Shown here piece by piece: positions 19,902 through 28,146 of a stretch of DNA of 64,000 nt. Source of the DNA: Alphaproteobacteria bacterium (GTDB lineage: Bacteria > Pseudomonadota > Alphaproteobacteria > Rickettsiales > SXRF01). The stretch lies in the NCBI GenBank assembly GCA_039808985.1, contig JBDHUC010000004.1:26050-90049 (forward strand), written 5' to 3'. How positions within the stretch are numbered: position 1 is the stretch's first letter; every line of letters begins with the position of its first letter. The translations under genes and the position numbers were made by a program. The notes below the pieces were generated by a model that was not told the DNA's origin, ran no database searches, and saw only the letters and a list, made by a program, of their open reading frames with translations.

Positions 19902-20701
19902 GCGACATACTGGCAAAAATCTGCGCCGATAAATTAGGCCATATCAGGAATCGCAAATCTGCTATGCCCGAATCACTCTTGCGCGAAAAAATAATAGAGC
20001 AGAGTGAACCCCGTGGCTTTAAAAAATCACTCGTTAAAATAATAACCAGCAAAAAACCTGCGCTGATAGCCGAGATAAAAAAAGCCTCGCCCAGCAAAGG
20101 GGTTATACGGCCCGATTTTCACCCGCAATCATTAGCAATACAGTATGAATCGGCAGGTGCTTCCTGCCTTTCTGTGCTAACCGATGAACCATATTTCCAG
20201 GGGCGGGATGAATATCTCATAGAAGCCCGGGCGGCGGTAAACATCCCGGTTTTACGCAAAGATTTTATACTCGACACATACCAGGTTACTGAATCGCGCG
20301 CGCTCGGAGCCGATTGCATACTGCTGATAATGGCTGCCCTGTCTGATGCTCAGGCCAGCGAGCTGGAGCTGGCAGCAACAGCTCTTGGCATGGATGTTCT
20401 CGTTGAAATCCATGCTGCAGATGAGCTTGAGCGCTCCCTTGCGATCAACCCGGATAATCCTGGCAAAATCATCGGGATAAATAACCGCAATTTAAAAACC
20501 CTGGTGGTCGATATAAGAACCTCAGAAATCCTCTCCAAATCTATACCCAAAGCTTATATCGGCGTATGCGAAAGCGGCATAAAAACCAATGCCGACATAA
20601 GGAATATGCAGGCATTTGGCCTCCATGCGTTCCTGGTTGGTGAATCACTTATGCGTGAAGCAGACGTTGCAGCCGCAACACGGGCTTTGTTGGCCATATG
20701 A
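19898..20701 (+). CDS. trpC: indole-3-glycerol-phosphate synthase
   Basis: LIAEIKKASPSKG, LSVLTDEPYFQG, LRKDFI, VEIH, GINNRNL. Confidence 0.92.
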   Translation: MSDILAKICADKLGHIRNRKSAMPESLLREKIIEQSEPRGFKKSLVKIITSKKPALIAEIKKASPSKGVIRPDFHPQSLAIQYESAGASCLSVLTDEPYFQGRDEYLIEARAAVNIPVLRKDFILDTYQVTESRALGADCILLIMAALSDAQASELELAATALGMDVLVEIHAADELERSLAINPDNPGKIIGINNRNLKTLVVDIRTSEILSKSIPKAYIGVCESGIKTNADIRNMQAFGLHAFLVGESLMREADVAAATRALLAI

Positions 20702-21657
20702 CCCGCCGTCCATGGGAAGATTTCGTCAATGCGCGCTCTCAGGCAAGTGGCGCTGCCGATATCCCTCCTGCCGATCTTGTAGATATGGAAGCCATGAACC
20801 ACCCTTCCCTTATAATTTGCCTTGCTTATGCGCAGGAAGAATTAATTTACGATGCGCAGAATAAAATAATAAAAGTCGATAGCAAAACCTATTCTGTTAC
20901 CCATCGCAATGAGCGCGTAAACAAGTTTGGCCTGGCCTACCGGCCAGATGCGAGCTTCTGGCTGCATAAAACCCTTGCCAGTATTATTGTCGGAGCAGCA
21001 GAGCATCTCCATAAAACCTACGGCTGGCGCACAGTTCTATATGACGGGCTGCGCACAGTTGAAGGCGCATTCGCGCTGTATAACTTCGCAACCGATGACG
21101 ATCTGGCGGCAAACCTCCTCGCCATGCCGGGAAAAAGCGCGCATAATAAGGGGCTGGCGGTTGACAGCATGATGGTTGATGAAAACGGTTTTGAAATAGA
21201 AATGGGCGGACATTTCGACCATCTCGATATGTCAACCAATGGCCGCGCATACAACGGCGATAAGATTTCTGAAACCGCAAAGAAAAACCGTATCATCCGC
21301 GAAGCAGCATTCCTGCGTTCGGCATTTTCGCAAAATCTTTTAATAGCCCCGCTACGCAATGAATTCTGGGATGACCGCCTGCCCGAAAACCACGAGGATC
21401 TATGGCGGGTTTTAGATAGCGCGGCGCGCTGCATCGGCCTTGAATATGAGGCGCCAGATAAAGAAAAATGGAATTATTCTGATTTTCTTGCCAATTGGAA
21501 AAAAATTTTCACTGGCCATGAGAAAAATCTTGAAGGAATAATTGGCCATGCTATGCCACCGCTTATTGAAAAACCGGAATTTTATCACGGTAATTATCAC
21601 CCGATTTATGACACCGCTTTAAAAGAAAGTGGAAAAAACCTAACTTTGGTAGCCTAA
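20698..21657 (+). CDS. M15-family D-Ala-D-Ala dipeptidase-like (VanX/DdpX-like) protein, extended form
   Basis: SAHNKGLAVD fits the S-x-H-x-x-G-x-A-x-D zinc motif, and LYDGLRTVEG fits the DgyRP-like region. 319 aa, longer than VanX. ATGA overlap with trpC. Confidence 0.55.
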   Translation: MTRRPWEDFVNARSQASGAADIPPADLVDMEAMNHPSLIICLAYAQEELIYDAQNKIIKVDSKTYSVTHRNERVNKFGLAYRPDASFWLHKTLASIIVGAAEHLHKTYGWRTVLYDGLRTVEGAFALYNFATDDDLAANLLAMPGKSAHNKGLAVDSMMVDENGFEIEMGGHFDHLDMSTNGRAYNGDKISETAKKNRIIREAAFLRSAFSQNLLIAPLRNEFWDDRLPENHEDLWRVLDSAARCIGLEYEAPDKEKWNYSDFLANWKKIFTGHEKNLEGIIGHAMPPLIEKPEFYHGNYHPIYDTALKESGKNLTLVA

Positions 21658-21680
21658 CTTTTGTAGCCTAACTTTTGTTT
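21639..21680. repeat. 3 x 14-nt tandem repeat spanning the convergent gene ends
   Basis: CCTAACTTTGGTAG / CCTAACTTTTGTAG / CCTAACTTTTGTTT. Contains the stop codons of both convergent CDSs. Confidence 0.8.
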
Positions 21681-22586
21681 AACTTCTGCCGCCAGTTTTT
21701 CCATCTCATCGCCTTTTATCAGCAGGCGCGACTTTATCATCTCACCAAAATTATATGGCTTGGTGTTTTTATGGCCTTCCAGGTCAATTATTGTAACCGG
21801 CTTTCCAGTTGAAAATGCCTCGCTCATCATATTTACCGAGTCGTTGGTTACTAATATTTTATCGGCGCAGGCAAGCATCCCCATATAGGGATTCTGTCCT
21901 TTGCCATCATAAATATATACACGTTTATTGCCTGCAAACGCCTGCCTCAACGCCACAATATTATCAGCGCCCGTGCGCCGCGAAGTGGTTATGAGCAACG
22001 AGCCTTGCGTTTTCCCAACCACATCCCCTATTTGTTTGATTACATCAAGCATGCGCGCCGCCGTAAGCCTATATTTATTGGTAGAGCCACCAAGCAGGAC
22101 AGCAATATGTGGCTTGGGATAAGCCGCAAAAATATCTGCAAATTTATCATGCGCTGCCGCCAGAGCTTCTGGGCTTATATTATGCAGGGCAAAAAGGGTT
22201 TTTATTACATTTTTTCCTTCCACCCTGTCATGCTGCATGGCAACCACTACATCGAAATTATCCGGCGGCATCTGCGGGTCCTGTATATGGATTGCACGAA
22301 TTTTTGGCTCACGCATTTTAAGGCCTGCGCAAACCAGCGCCGCCTTGCGCCCACAACTTATCACAAGGTCAGGATAAGGCTCAGCAATAGCACCCTGCTC
22401 TTTAACCATGTGCGCAAGTATAAAATCTTTTAGAACGCCACCAAGTATAATATTAGGCAGGAACGACCATGGCTTTTTCAGCGCAATAACTTTCATATCG
22501 ACTTCCAAACCCATAGCAGTAGCTAATGACCTGACCTGGGCAACCATGCCAGCGCTACCATCGGTTATTCCCCAGCAAGTGGTCAT
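21654..22586 (-). CDS. ELM1/DUF1022-family protein (glycosyltransferase-like fold)
   Basis: The N-terminus CWGITDGSAGMVAQVRSLATAMG resembles the vWvltDgkaG-x-x-Q motif of bacterial ELM1-like proteins. 310 aa. Confidence 0.5.
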   Translation of the reverse strand: MTTCWGITDGSAGMVAQVRSLATAMGLEVDMKVIALKKPWSFLPNIILGGVLKDFILAHMVKEQGAIAEPYPDLVISCGRKAALVCAGLKMREPKIRAIHIQDPQMPPDNFDVVVAMQHDRVEGKNVIKTLFALHNISPEALAAAHDKFADIFAAYPKPHIAVLLGGSTNKYRLTAARMLDVIKQIGDVVGKTQGSLLITTSRRTGADNIVALRQAFAGNKRVYIYDGKGQNPYMGMLACADKILVTNDSVNMMSEAFSTGKPVTIIDLEGHKNTKPYNFGEMIKSRLLIKGDEMEKLAAEVKQKLGYKS

Positions 22587-23302
22587 ATGATCCCTTTTGA
22601 TTTAAAGGAAAAATATTCTTTTTTGCTGATTATAACATGGTCATGAACCTCAATCCCCAATGGTTTAGCAACGCTTATTATGAATTTAGTTACGTTCACA
22701 TCATCCTTGCTGGGATTTACATCACCACTTGGATGGTTATGCACCAGTATTATGCTTGATGCGCCCAGCTCCAGCGCACGTTTCACAACTTCACGCGGAT
22801 AAATCGGCGTATGGTTAACTGTGCCTTTCTGCTGCTGTTCGTCAGCAATCAGCTCCAGCATATGATTTAAAAATAATATATGGAAAACTTCATTCTGCTT
22901 ATGGCCGATATTTATGCGCAGGTAATCAAGCAGTTGCGTCCAGCTTTTGATAACCGGGCTGGAAATAATCTGTTCCTTTAGCAATCTTTCGGCAGCGTGG
23001 CGCGTAACTTTTATAGCCGCAACCGCAGCCTCATTTACACCTTCCACCTTTAGCAATTCCGAAGGCGGAGCATTTAAAACCCTTGCAAAACTTCCAAACG
23101 CCGCAAGCAATGATTTAGCAAGCGGCTTCACATCACCAATCGGCTTTGCCGGGAATAATATAAGCTCCATTATTTCATAATCGGCAAATGATGATGGCTC
23201 GTTGTTCAAAAACCTATCGCGCAGGCGCTTCCTGTGCCCGGCGTAATGCGGTTTGGCAGCCACTTCCTTAACAGTTTTTTCTATAACTTCTTCTTCAGTC
23301 AT
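22583..23302 (-). CDS. radC: RadC-like JAB domain protein
   Basis: HhH-containing N-terminal region plus the JAMM motif ILVHNHPSGDVNPSKDD. Confidence 0.85.
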   Translation of the reverse strand: MTEEEVIEKTVKEVAAKPHYAGHRKRLRDRFLNNEPSSFADYEIMELILFPAKPIGDVKPLAKSLLAAFGSFARVLNAPPSELLKVEGVNEAAVAAIKVTRHAAERLLKEQIISSPVIKSWTQLLDYLRINIGHKQNEVFHILFLNHMLELIADEQQQKGTVNHTPIYPREVVKRALELGASSIILVHNHPSGDVNPSKDDVNVTKFIISVAKPLGIEVHDHVIISKKEYFSFKSKGII

Positions 23303-23312
23303 TTGTAGCTAA

Positions 23313-23352
23313 TTGTCATTGCGAGGAGTGTAAGCGAGGTGGCAATCCACAG
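23313..23352. repeat. Family-E short element
   Basis: TTGTCATTGCGAGGAGTGTAAGCGAGGTGGCAATCCACAG. Related to 881-913. Confidence 0.55.
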
Positions 23353-23395
23353 CGCCGCAGCCGACTATATCAAAAATTATTTATGGGAAACAGTC

Positions 23396-23971
23396 TTATA
23401 TTTGCACTTTTTTAGCAGTCCCGGCGGGGCTGGCCGCTGGCTGCCCGGCTTCTTTTACATCAGCGACAGAAAGTTTCGGTGTATCAATTTCCATGGATAA
23501 CTTCCTGGCCTTACGCTCATTGGACATATCAATGATAAAATTCCCTATTTTATTAATAGCCTCGCTAGAAAAACTAATGCCTTGTCTGCTTTCATCATAT
23601 TCACAATCAACAACTAAATGTTTTTCTTTTTTTAATTTCTCAGTTGGATGATAAGAATGATCAGCTGTGCTTTCATTATATTTTATGCTGCCGATAGTAA
23701 TCGTACCATTTCTATTATCAGCATTGCTTTCACTTACCTTGCCAAGCGCTATGCCCACCGGGTTATTTTTACTGTCAAATAAAGCAAAAGCTATTAAATA
23801 GCCATCTTTTGGTTCCGTAGAAAAATCAGATTCTTTAATATTATAATGTTGAAACATTTTAGGCGGAACCAGCACAAGCCTGGCAGTATCATCACCAAGC
23901 TCCACGCCATGGGACGACCTTGTAACTTTAATCTTTTCTATCTCGCCAGTGTTTTTTATCATATTACGCAA
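23396..23971 (-). CDS. hypothetical protein, paralog of the adjacent gene
   Basis: 191 aa. Shares the core (Y/A)xIAxxLxDxKxxxVG(I/V)ALG(K/R)V with 23975-24562. Disordered Ala/Pro C-terminus. No signal peptide. Confidence 0.55.
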   Translation of the reverse strand: MRNMIKNTGEIEKIKVTRSSHGVELGDDTARLVLVPPKMFQHYNIKESDFSTEPKDGYLIAFALFDSKNNPVGIALGKVSESNADNRNGTITIGSIKYNESTADHSYHPTEKLKKEKHLVVDCEYDESRQGISFSSEAINKIGNFIIDMSNERKARKLSMEIDTPKLSVADVKEAGQPAASPAGTAKKVQI

Positions 23972-23974
23972 GCC

Positions 23975-24562
23975 CTAAACCGCAAGGTTAGGTTTTGATT
24001 GTATCAAGGCAGGGTTCCCGGCTGGCGTAGATGGAGATGAGGTTGGGGAAGCGCTAGCCACTTCGTATTTCTGCATGTTATTTGGCACAAGGGCAGATAA
24101 TCCATGTCCTTTTATTAGGTTATCACGATGTTTATTAACAGCATCTTGAACAGCTTTACTTAGTTTTTCAGCGCCAGCCTCTTCAATCTTTTGATGCCCA
24201 TCTTCAGATTTCACACCGACAGTAATCTTACTTCCAAATTTTTCTAAATTGCCATCATTAAATTGAATACGGTCAACAGTAATGCCATTACCTTCCACCC
24301 TTCCCAGTGCTACACCGACCAGTTCATGCTTCTTATCTAAAACAGCAATCGCTACCGCACTTCCACCACCAAAATTCGGCCTTTCAGGAAAATTCTTACC
24401 ATCTAGTCCCCATGTATCAATACCACTACCCTTAATGATAATAAGGTGATTTCCGTCCTTAGTGTCAGTAGGGAAAACCGCCTCAGCCCTGCCATTCTGG
24501 CCTTTTATAGTATATTCAGTAGGGTTTTCTTTTTTAAGATTCAGCGAATCTGGTTTTGGCAT
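23975..24562 (-). CDS. hypothetical protein, paralog of the adjacent gene
   Basis: 195 aa. AVAIAVLDKKHELVGVALGRVEGNGITVDRIQFNDG aligns with LIAFALFDSKNNPVGIALGKVSE...TITIGSIKYNES of the neighbour. Ser/Pro-rich tail. Confidence 0.55.
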   Translation of the reverse strand: MPKPDSLNLKKENPTEYTIKGQNGRAEAVFPTDTKDGNHLIIIKGSGIDTWGLDGKNFPERPNFGGGSAVAIAVLDKKHELVGVALGRVEGNGITVDRIQFNDGNLEKFGSKITVGVKSEDGHQKIEEAGAEKLSKAVQDAVNKHRDNLIKGHGLSALVPNNMQKYEVASASPTSSPSTPAGNPALIQSKPNLAV

Positions 24563-24697
24563 ATCAAATCTCCATTTTATTTATGCCAGTATAATATCAT
24601 ACTGAACCATAAATAATATTAAGCTTTTGTGACATTGTATCCGCCCTGCGCCACAACAGGCAACATATTGAAATATAATTATTATCAACAAGTAAAC

Positions 24698-24800
24698 GTC
24701 ATCCTGTGGACGGCGAAGCCGTAGCACAGGATCTGTTCAACAACCCTGAGATCCTGCGCAATGCTTACGCATTCGCAGGATGACACCCCACACTCACACT
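24698..24800. repeat. Family-C double-hairpin element (complete, intergenic)
   Basis: GTCATCCTGTGGACGGCGAAGCCGTAGCACAGGATCT...GAGATCCTGCGCAATGCTTACGCATTCGCAGGATGAC plus the ACCCCACACTCACACTA tail. Confidence 0.85.
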
Positions 24801-24804
24801 AGCC

Positions 24805-25599
24805 CTAATATGGCGGGAAATTCAGCCCCTTGGGCGAAGATGTAAAAATCTCATAGCCATTGGCGGTAACGCCGATAGTATGCTCGAACTGCGCCGAGAG
24901 CGATTTATCGCGGGTGGTAACGGTCCAGCCGTCGTGCCTGTTGAGGATGGTTGCGTAATCCCCGGCATTTATCATCGGCTCCACGGTGAAAAACATCCCC
25001 TCCTGTAAAACCGGGGAATATCCATCCTCATAATAATGCAGGATGCTTGGCGCGGTATGGAATATCTTGCCGATCCCATGCCCGCAATAATCGCGCACCA
25101 CTGAATATCCGTGCTTTTCCGCATATTCCTGAATAGCGCGGCCAATATCGTTTACCTTCGCGCCCGGCTTCACCTGTTCAATTCCCAGCATCATCGAATC
25201 ATATGTTATCTGCGTAAGCCTTTTGGCTTTTATCGGTGGGCTGCCTGCCCAGTACATGCGGCTAGTGTCGCCGTGCCAGCCATCGACAATAACCGTCACG
25301 TCAACATTAACAATATCCCCGTCTTTCAGCCGGTAATCTCCGGGAATCCCATGGCAGACCACATGGTTCACCGAGGTACATATCGAGCGCGGGAACCCAC
25401 GGTAATTAAGCGGCGCAGGGATTGCCCCCGCCCCTATTATCATTTCATGGCACAGATCATTTATCTCCTGCGTGGTAACACCCGGCGCAACATGCCCGGC
25501 TACCATATCCAGTACTTCCGCCGCCAGCTTACCGGCGCGGCGCATTCCCTCATAGTCAGAGGCCGTATGAATTGTTATTTTTCTGTTATCGTCTTCCAA
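24805..25599 (-). CDS. map: type I methionine aminopeptidase
   Basis: VCHGIP, DIVNVDVT, GHGIG, FTVEP and EHT metal-ligand motifs. Confidence 0.93.
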   Translation of the reverse strand: MEDDNRKITIHTASDYEGMRRAGKLAAEVLDMVAGHVAPGVTTQEINDLCHEMIIGAGAIPAPLNYRGFPRSICTSVNHVVCHGIPGDYRLKDGDIVNVDVTVIVDGWHGDTSRMYWAGSPPIKAKRLTQITYDSMMLGIEQVKPGAKVNDIGRAIQEYAEKHGYSVVRDYCGHGIGKIFHTAPSILHYYEDGYSPVLQEGMFFTVEPMINAGDYATILNRHDGWTVTTRDKSLSAQFEHTIGVTANGYEIFTSSPKGLNFPPY

Positions 25600-25690
25600 A
25601 CTTATATCTTTCTGCTACGCAAAATCCATATGTGACAAAGCCAATTTTTACAATTACTATAATGAAGTATTTATCAGGGATATTAACATT

Positions 25691-26443
25691 ATGCAAACTG
25701 CAAAAACCTCATATACAGCCTGCCTTATTATAATAGGCAATGAGATACTTTCCGGGCGCACACAGGATAAGAATATCCAGTATATTGCATCCGGTCTTAA
25801 TGATGCCGGGGTTAAACTCTCCGAAGTCCGTGTTATCCCCGATATTAACCAAACCATTATAAATACAGTAAAATCCTGCTCTGAGCTATTCGATTATGTT
25901 TTCACAACAGGCGGCATAGGCCCTACCCATGACGATATAACCAGCGAAGCCATAGCGCAGGCTTTTTCTGTTCCACTGGAACGTAACAAGGAAGCAGAAG
26001 CCATCCTGGAAAAACATTATGGCCGGGAAAAATTAAATGCCGCCCGCCTTAAAATGGCCGATATACCAGCAGGGGCAAAGCTTATATATAATCCGGTCAG
26101 CGCCGCGCCCGGCTTCATAATCAGCAATATTTATGTAATGGCAGGGGTTCCAGGCATCATGCAGGCCATGTTCGACAGCATAAAGGGCAAGCTGCGCGGC
26201 GGGGCAAAAACCCTGTCCAAAACTATTTCTGTTTATATGACCGAGGGCTATATTGCCGAAGGTATGGCAAGCATCCAGAATAAATATCCCAATGTCGAAA
26301 TCGGCAGCTACCCCTTCATAAAAAACCAGAAGCTGGGAACGAGTTTGGTATGCCGCGCAACCGACCCACAAATGCTGGATTCATGCTACGCAGAACTCAA
26401 AACTTTCCTTATGGGCTTTAAATCAGAAATCGAGGAGGAGTAG
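25691..26443 (+). CDS. CinA-like / MoCF-biosynthesis (molybdopterin-binding) domain protein
   Basis: LIIIGNEILSGRTQDKN...TTGGIGPTHDDIT is the MoCF_biosynth/CinA N-terminal domain pattern. Confidence 0.75.
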   Translation: MQTAKTSYTACLIIIGNEILSGRTQDKNIQYIASGLNDAGVKLSEVRVIPDINQTIINTVKSCSELFDYVFTTGGIGPTHDDITSEAIAQAFSVPLERNKEAEAILEKHYGREKLNAARLKMADIPAGAKLIYNPVSAAPGFIISNIYVMAGVPGIMQAMFDSIKGKLRGGAKTLSKTISVYMTEGYIAEGMASIQNKYPNVEIGSYPFIKNQKLGTSLVCRATDPQMLDSCYAELKTFLMGFKSEIEEE

Positions 26444-26454
26444 ACTGTATTGTC

Positions 26455-26634
26455 ATACTGCGAATGCGTAATCATTGAGCAGGATCTCAGGATTATTGAG
26501 CAGATTACTCCACCTCCTCAAAAACCATTCTTGTCATTCCCGCCTTGAGCGGGAATCCAGAAACAAACCCATCGTAATAAATTGTAGCGCTACCTACCCG
26601 CCTACGCGACATGACAAGTAGAGGCTGTGATACC
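26455..26634. repeat. Family-C half element (26455-26503) followed by a D-variant MITE (26528-26634) flanked by a 24-bp direct duplication
   Basis: ATTACTCCACCTCCTCAAAAACCA occurs at 26504-26527 and 26635-26658. The insert has CTTGTCAT...ATGACAAG ends. Confidence 0.8.
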
Positions 26635-26635
26635 A

Positions 26636-27787
26636 TTACTCCACCTCCTCAAAAACCACCTGCTTGGTTTTGGGATTGAGCGAAAGCTTCAGCTTTCCTT
26701 GCAAAAGCAGTTGCGCCTCGCGCCCGAACACATCATTGCGCCAGCCCTGCAATACCATTATATCAGTTTTCCCAAGCGCCAGCGCTTCCAATTCATCCTT
26801 CCCGGTTATAAGCGGCGCGGCGATACCATGCACATCGGCTTTAACTTTCAGCAAAAGCTGGAGCATAGCAACCAAGCTGGTGATATTTTCCGGCGGCTTG
26901 CGCGATTTACCTACCTGCGGCCATTCGGTCTGCGGCAGTGCAAGCGCAGCTTCTACGCAGGCAAAAACCTGGTCGGCCTTTGTTTTGGAAAGATTCTTAT
27001 CAACACTACGCATACGCGCCAGGTCAGCGGCTTTACGCGGCAGTGCCGATGCCAGCTCCACTAACGCTTCATCTTTTAATATCCTCCCGCGCGGCACATC
27101 ATTCTTACGCGCTTCGATCTCGCGCCACTGTGCCAGCTCGCGCAGAACAGCTAAATGTTTAGGGCGCATAGTTCCGTATTTTAATCTCTTCCACGCATTG
27201 TTCGGCTCTATCTGGTAAAGTGCCGGGTCGGAAAGCTGGATATGTTCCTCGGCTATCCATGATGTCCGCCCTGCTTCTTCGATCTGTTTTTTCAGGCTCT
27301 CATAGATCGTACGCAGGAAGGTAACATCGGAAAGCGCGTAAGTGAGTTGCTTTTCTGTAAGCGGGCGCGCTGACCAATCAGTAAAACGTGAACTTTTATC
27401 AAGATCCTGCCCCACTATCTTGTTCACCAGAGTTTCATAAGAAACCGATTCGCCATAACCACACACCGAAGCCGCGATCTGAGTATCAAAAATATTTACC
27501 GGTATCGCCCCCGAAAGCAGGTAGAAAATTTCAATATCCTGACGGCAGGCATGGAAAACTTTTACCAGATCAGGTTTTTGCAATAGTGCAAATACAGGCT
27601 CAAGCTTAATCCCTGCTGCCAGCGGATCTATTATCGCTGCATCATCTTTTCCGGCTATCTGTATCAGGCATAATTTAGGAAAATATGTCTTGTCGCGGAT
27701 AAATTCTGTATCCACGGTGACATATGCCCCGGCTTCCACCTGCGCGCAAAATTTTGTAAGTTCTGATTGTTTAGTTATAAGATTCAT
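26636..27787 (-). CDS. rnd: ribonuclease D
   Basis: DEDDy 3'-5' exonuclease motifs (VTVDTEF, HACRQDIE, YALSDV) plus an HRDC region. The ATG at 27787 is preferred over the TTG at 27805. Confidence 0.85.
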   Translation of the reverse strand: MNLITKQSELTKFCAQVEAGAYVTVDTEFIRDKTYFPKLCLIQIAGKDDAAIIDPLAAGIKLEPVFALLQKPDLVKVFHACRQDIEIFYLLSGAIPVNIFDTQIAASVCGYGESVSYETLVNKIVGQDLDKSSRFTDWSARPLTEKQLTYALSDVTFLRTIYESLKKQIEEAGRTSWIAEEHIQLSDPALYQIEPNNAWKRLKYGTMRPKHLAVLRELAQWREIEARKNDVPRGRILKDEALVELASALPRKAADLARMRSVDKNLSKTKADQVFACVEAALALPQTEWPQVGKSRKPPENITSLVAMLQLLLKVKADVHGIAAPLITGKDELEALALGKTDIMVLQGWRNDVFGREAQLLLQGKLKLSLNPKTKQVVFEEVE

Positions 27788-27912
27788 GGGGCTTTTATAG
27801 TGCAAAACTCAACAAAAGCCAGAGGCTTTGCATAAAATAGCTATAATTGTGAGTTTCCGGTTGGTTTGACGGCAAATTATGATATATTAACATTATTTAA
27901 CGGAGCTATTTA

Positions 27913-28146
27913 ATGCCAAAAGAGCGCAAAACGTCAATTACCTATTATAGCTGGGAAGGCGATGCCTGCCGTGTGCATGAGGATGAAATGGGCAATATGG
28001 AAGCCGATATTTATCGTGCAGGAACAGGCACTGTGCCCGTAAAACCTTATGATGTCATTGATAATAGCAGGCGCATAAGTGAAGAAGAATATAAAGATAT
28101 CGTTCTAGAAGAAATAGAATACCATAAGAAAAAAACTGGGAAATAA
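27913..28146 (+). CDS. hypothetical small protein (77 aa)
   Basis: ATG preceded by GGAG. TAATG overlap with the next ORF. No recognised domain. Confidence 0.5.
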   Translation: MPKERKTSITYYSWEGDACRVHEDEMGNMEADIYRAGTGTVPVKPYDVIDNSRRISEEEYKDIVLEEIEYHKKKTGK

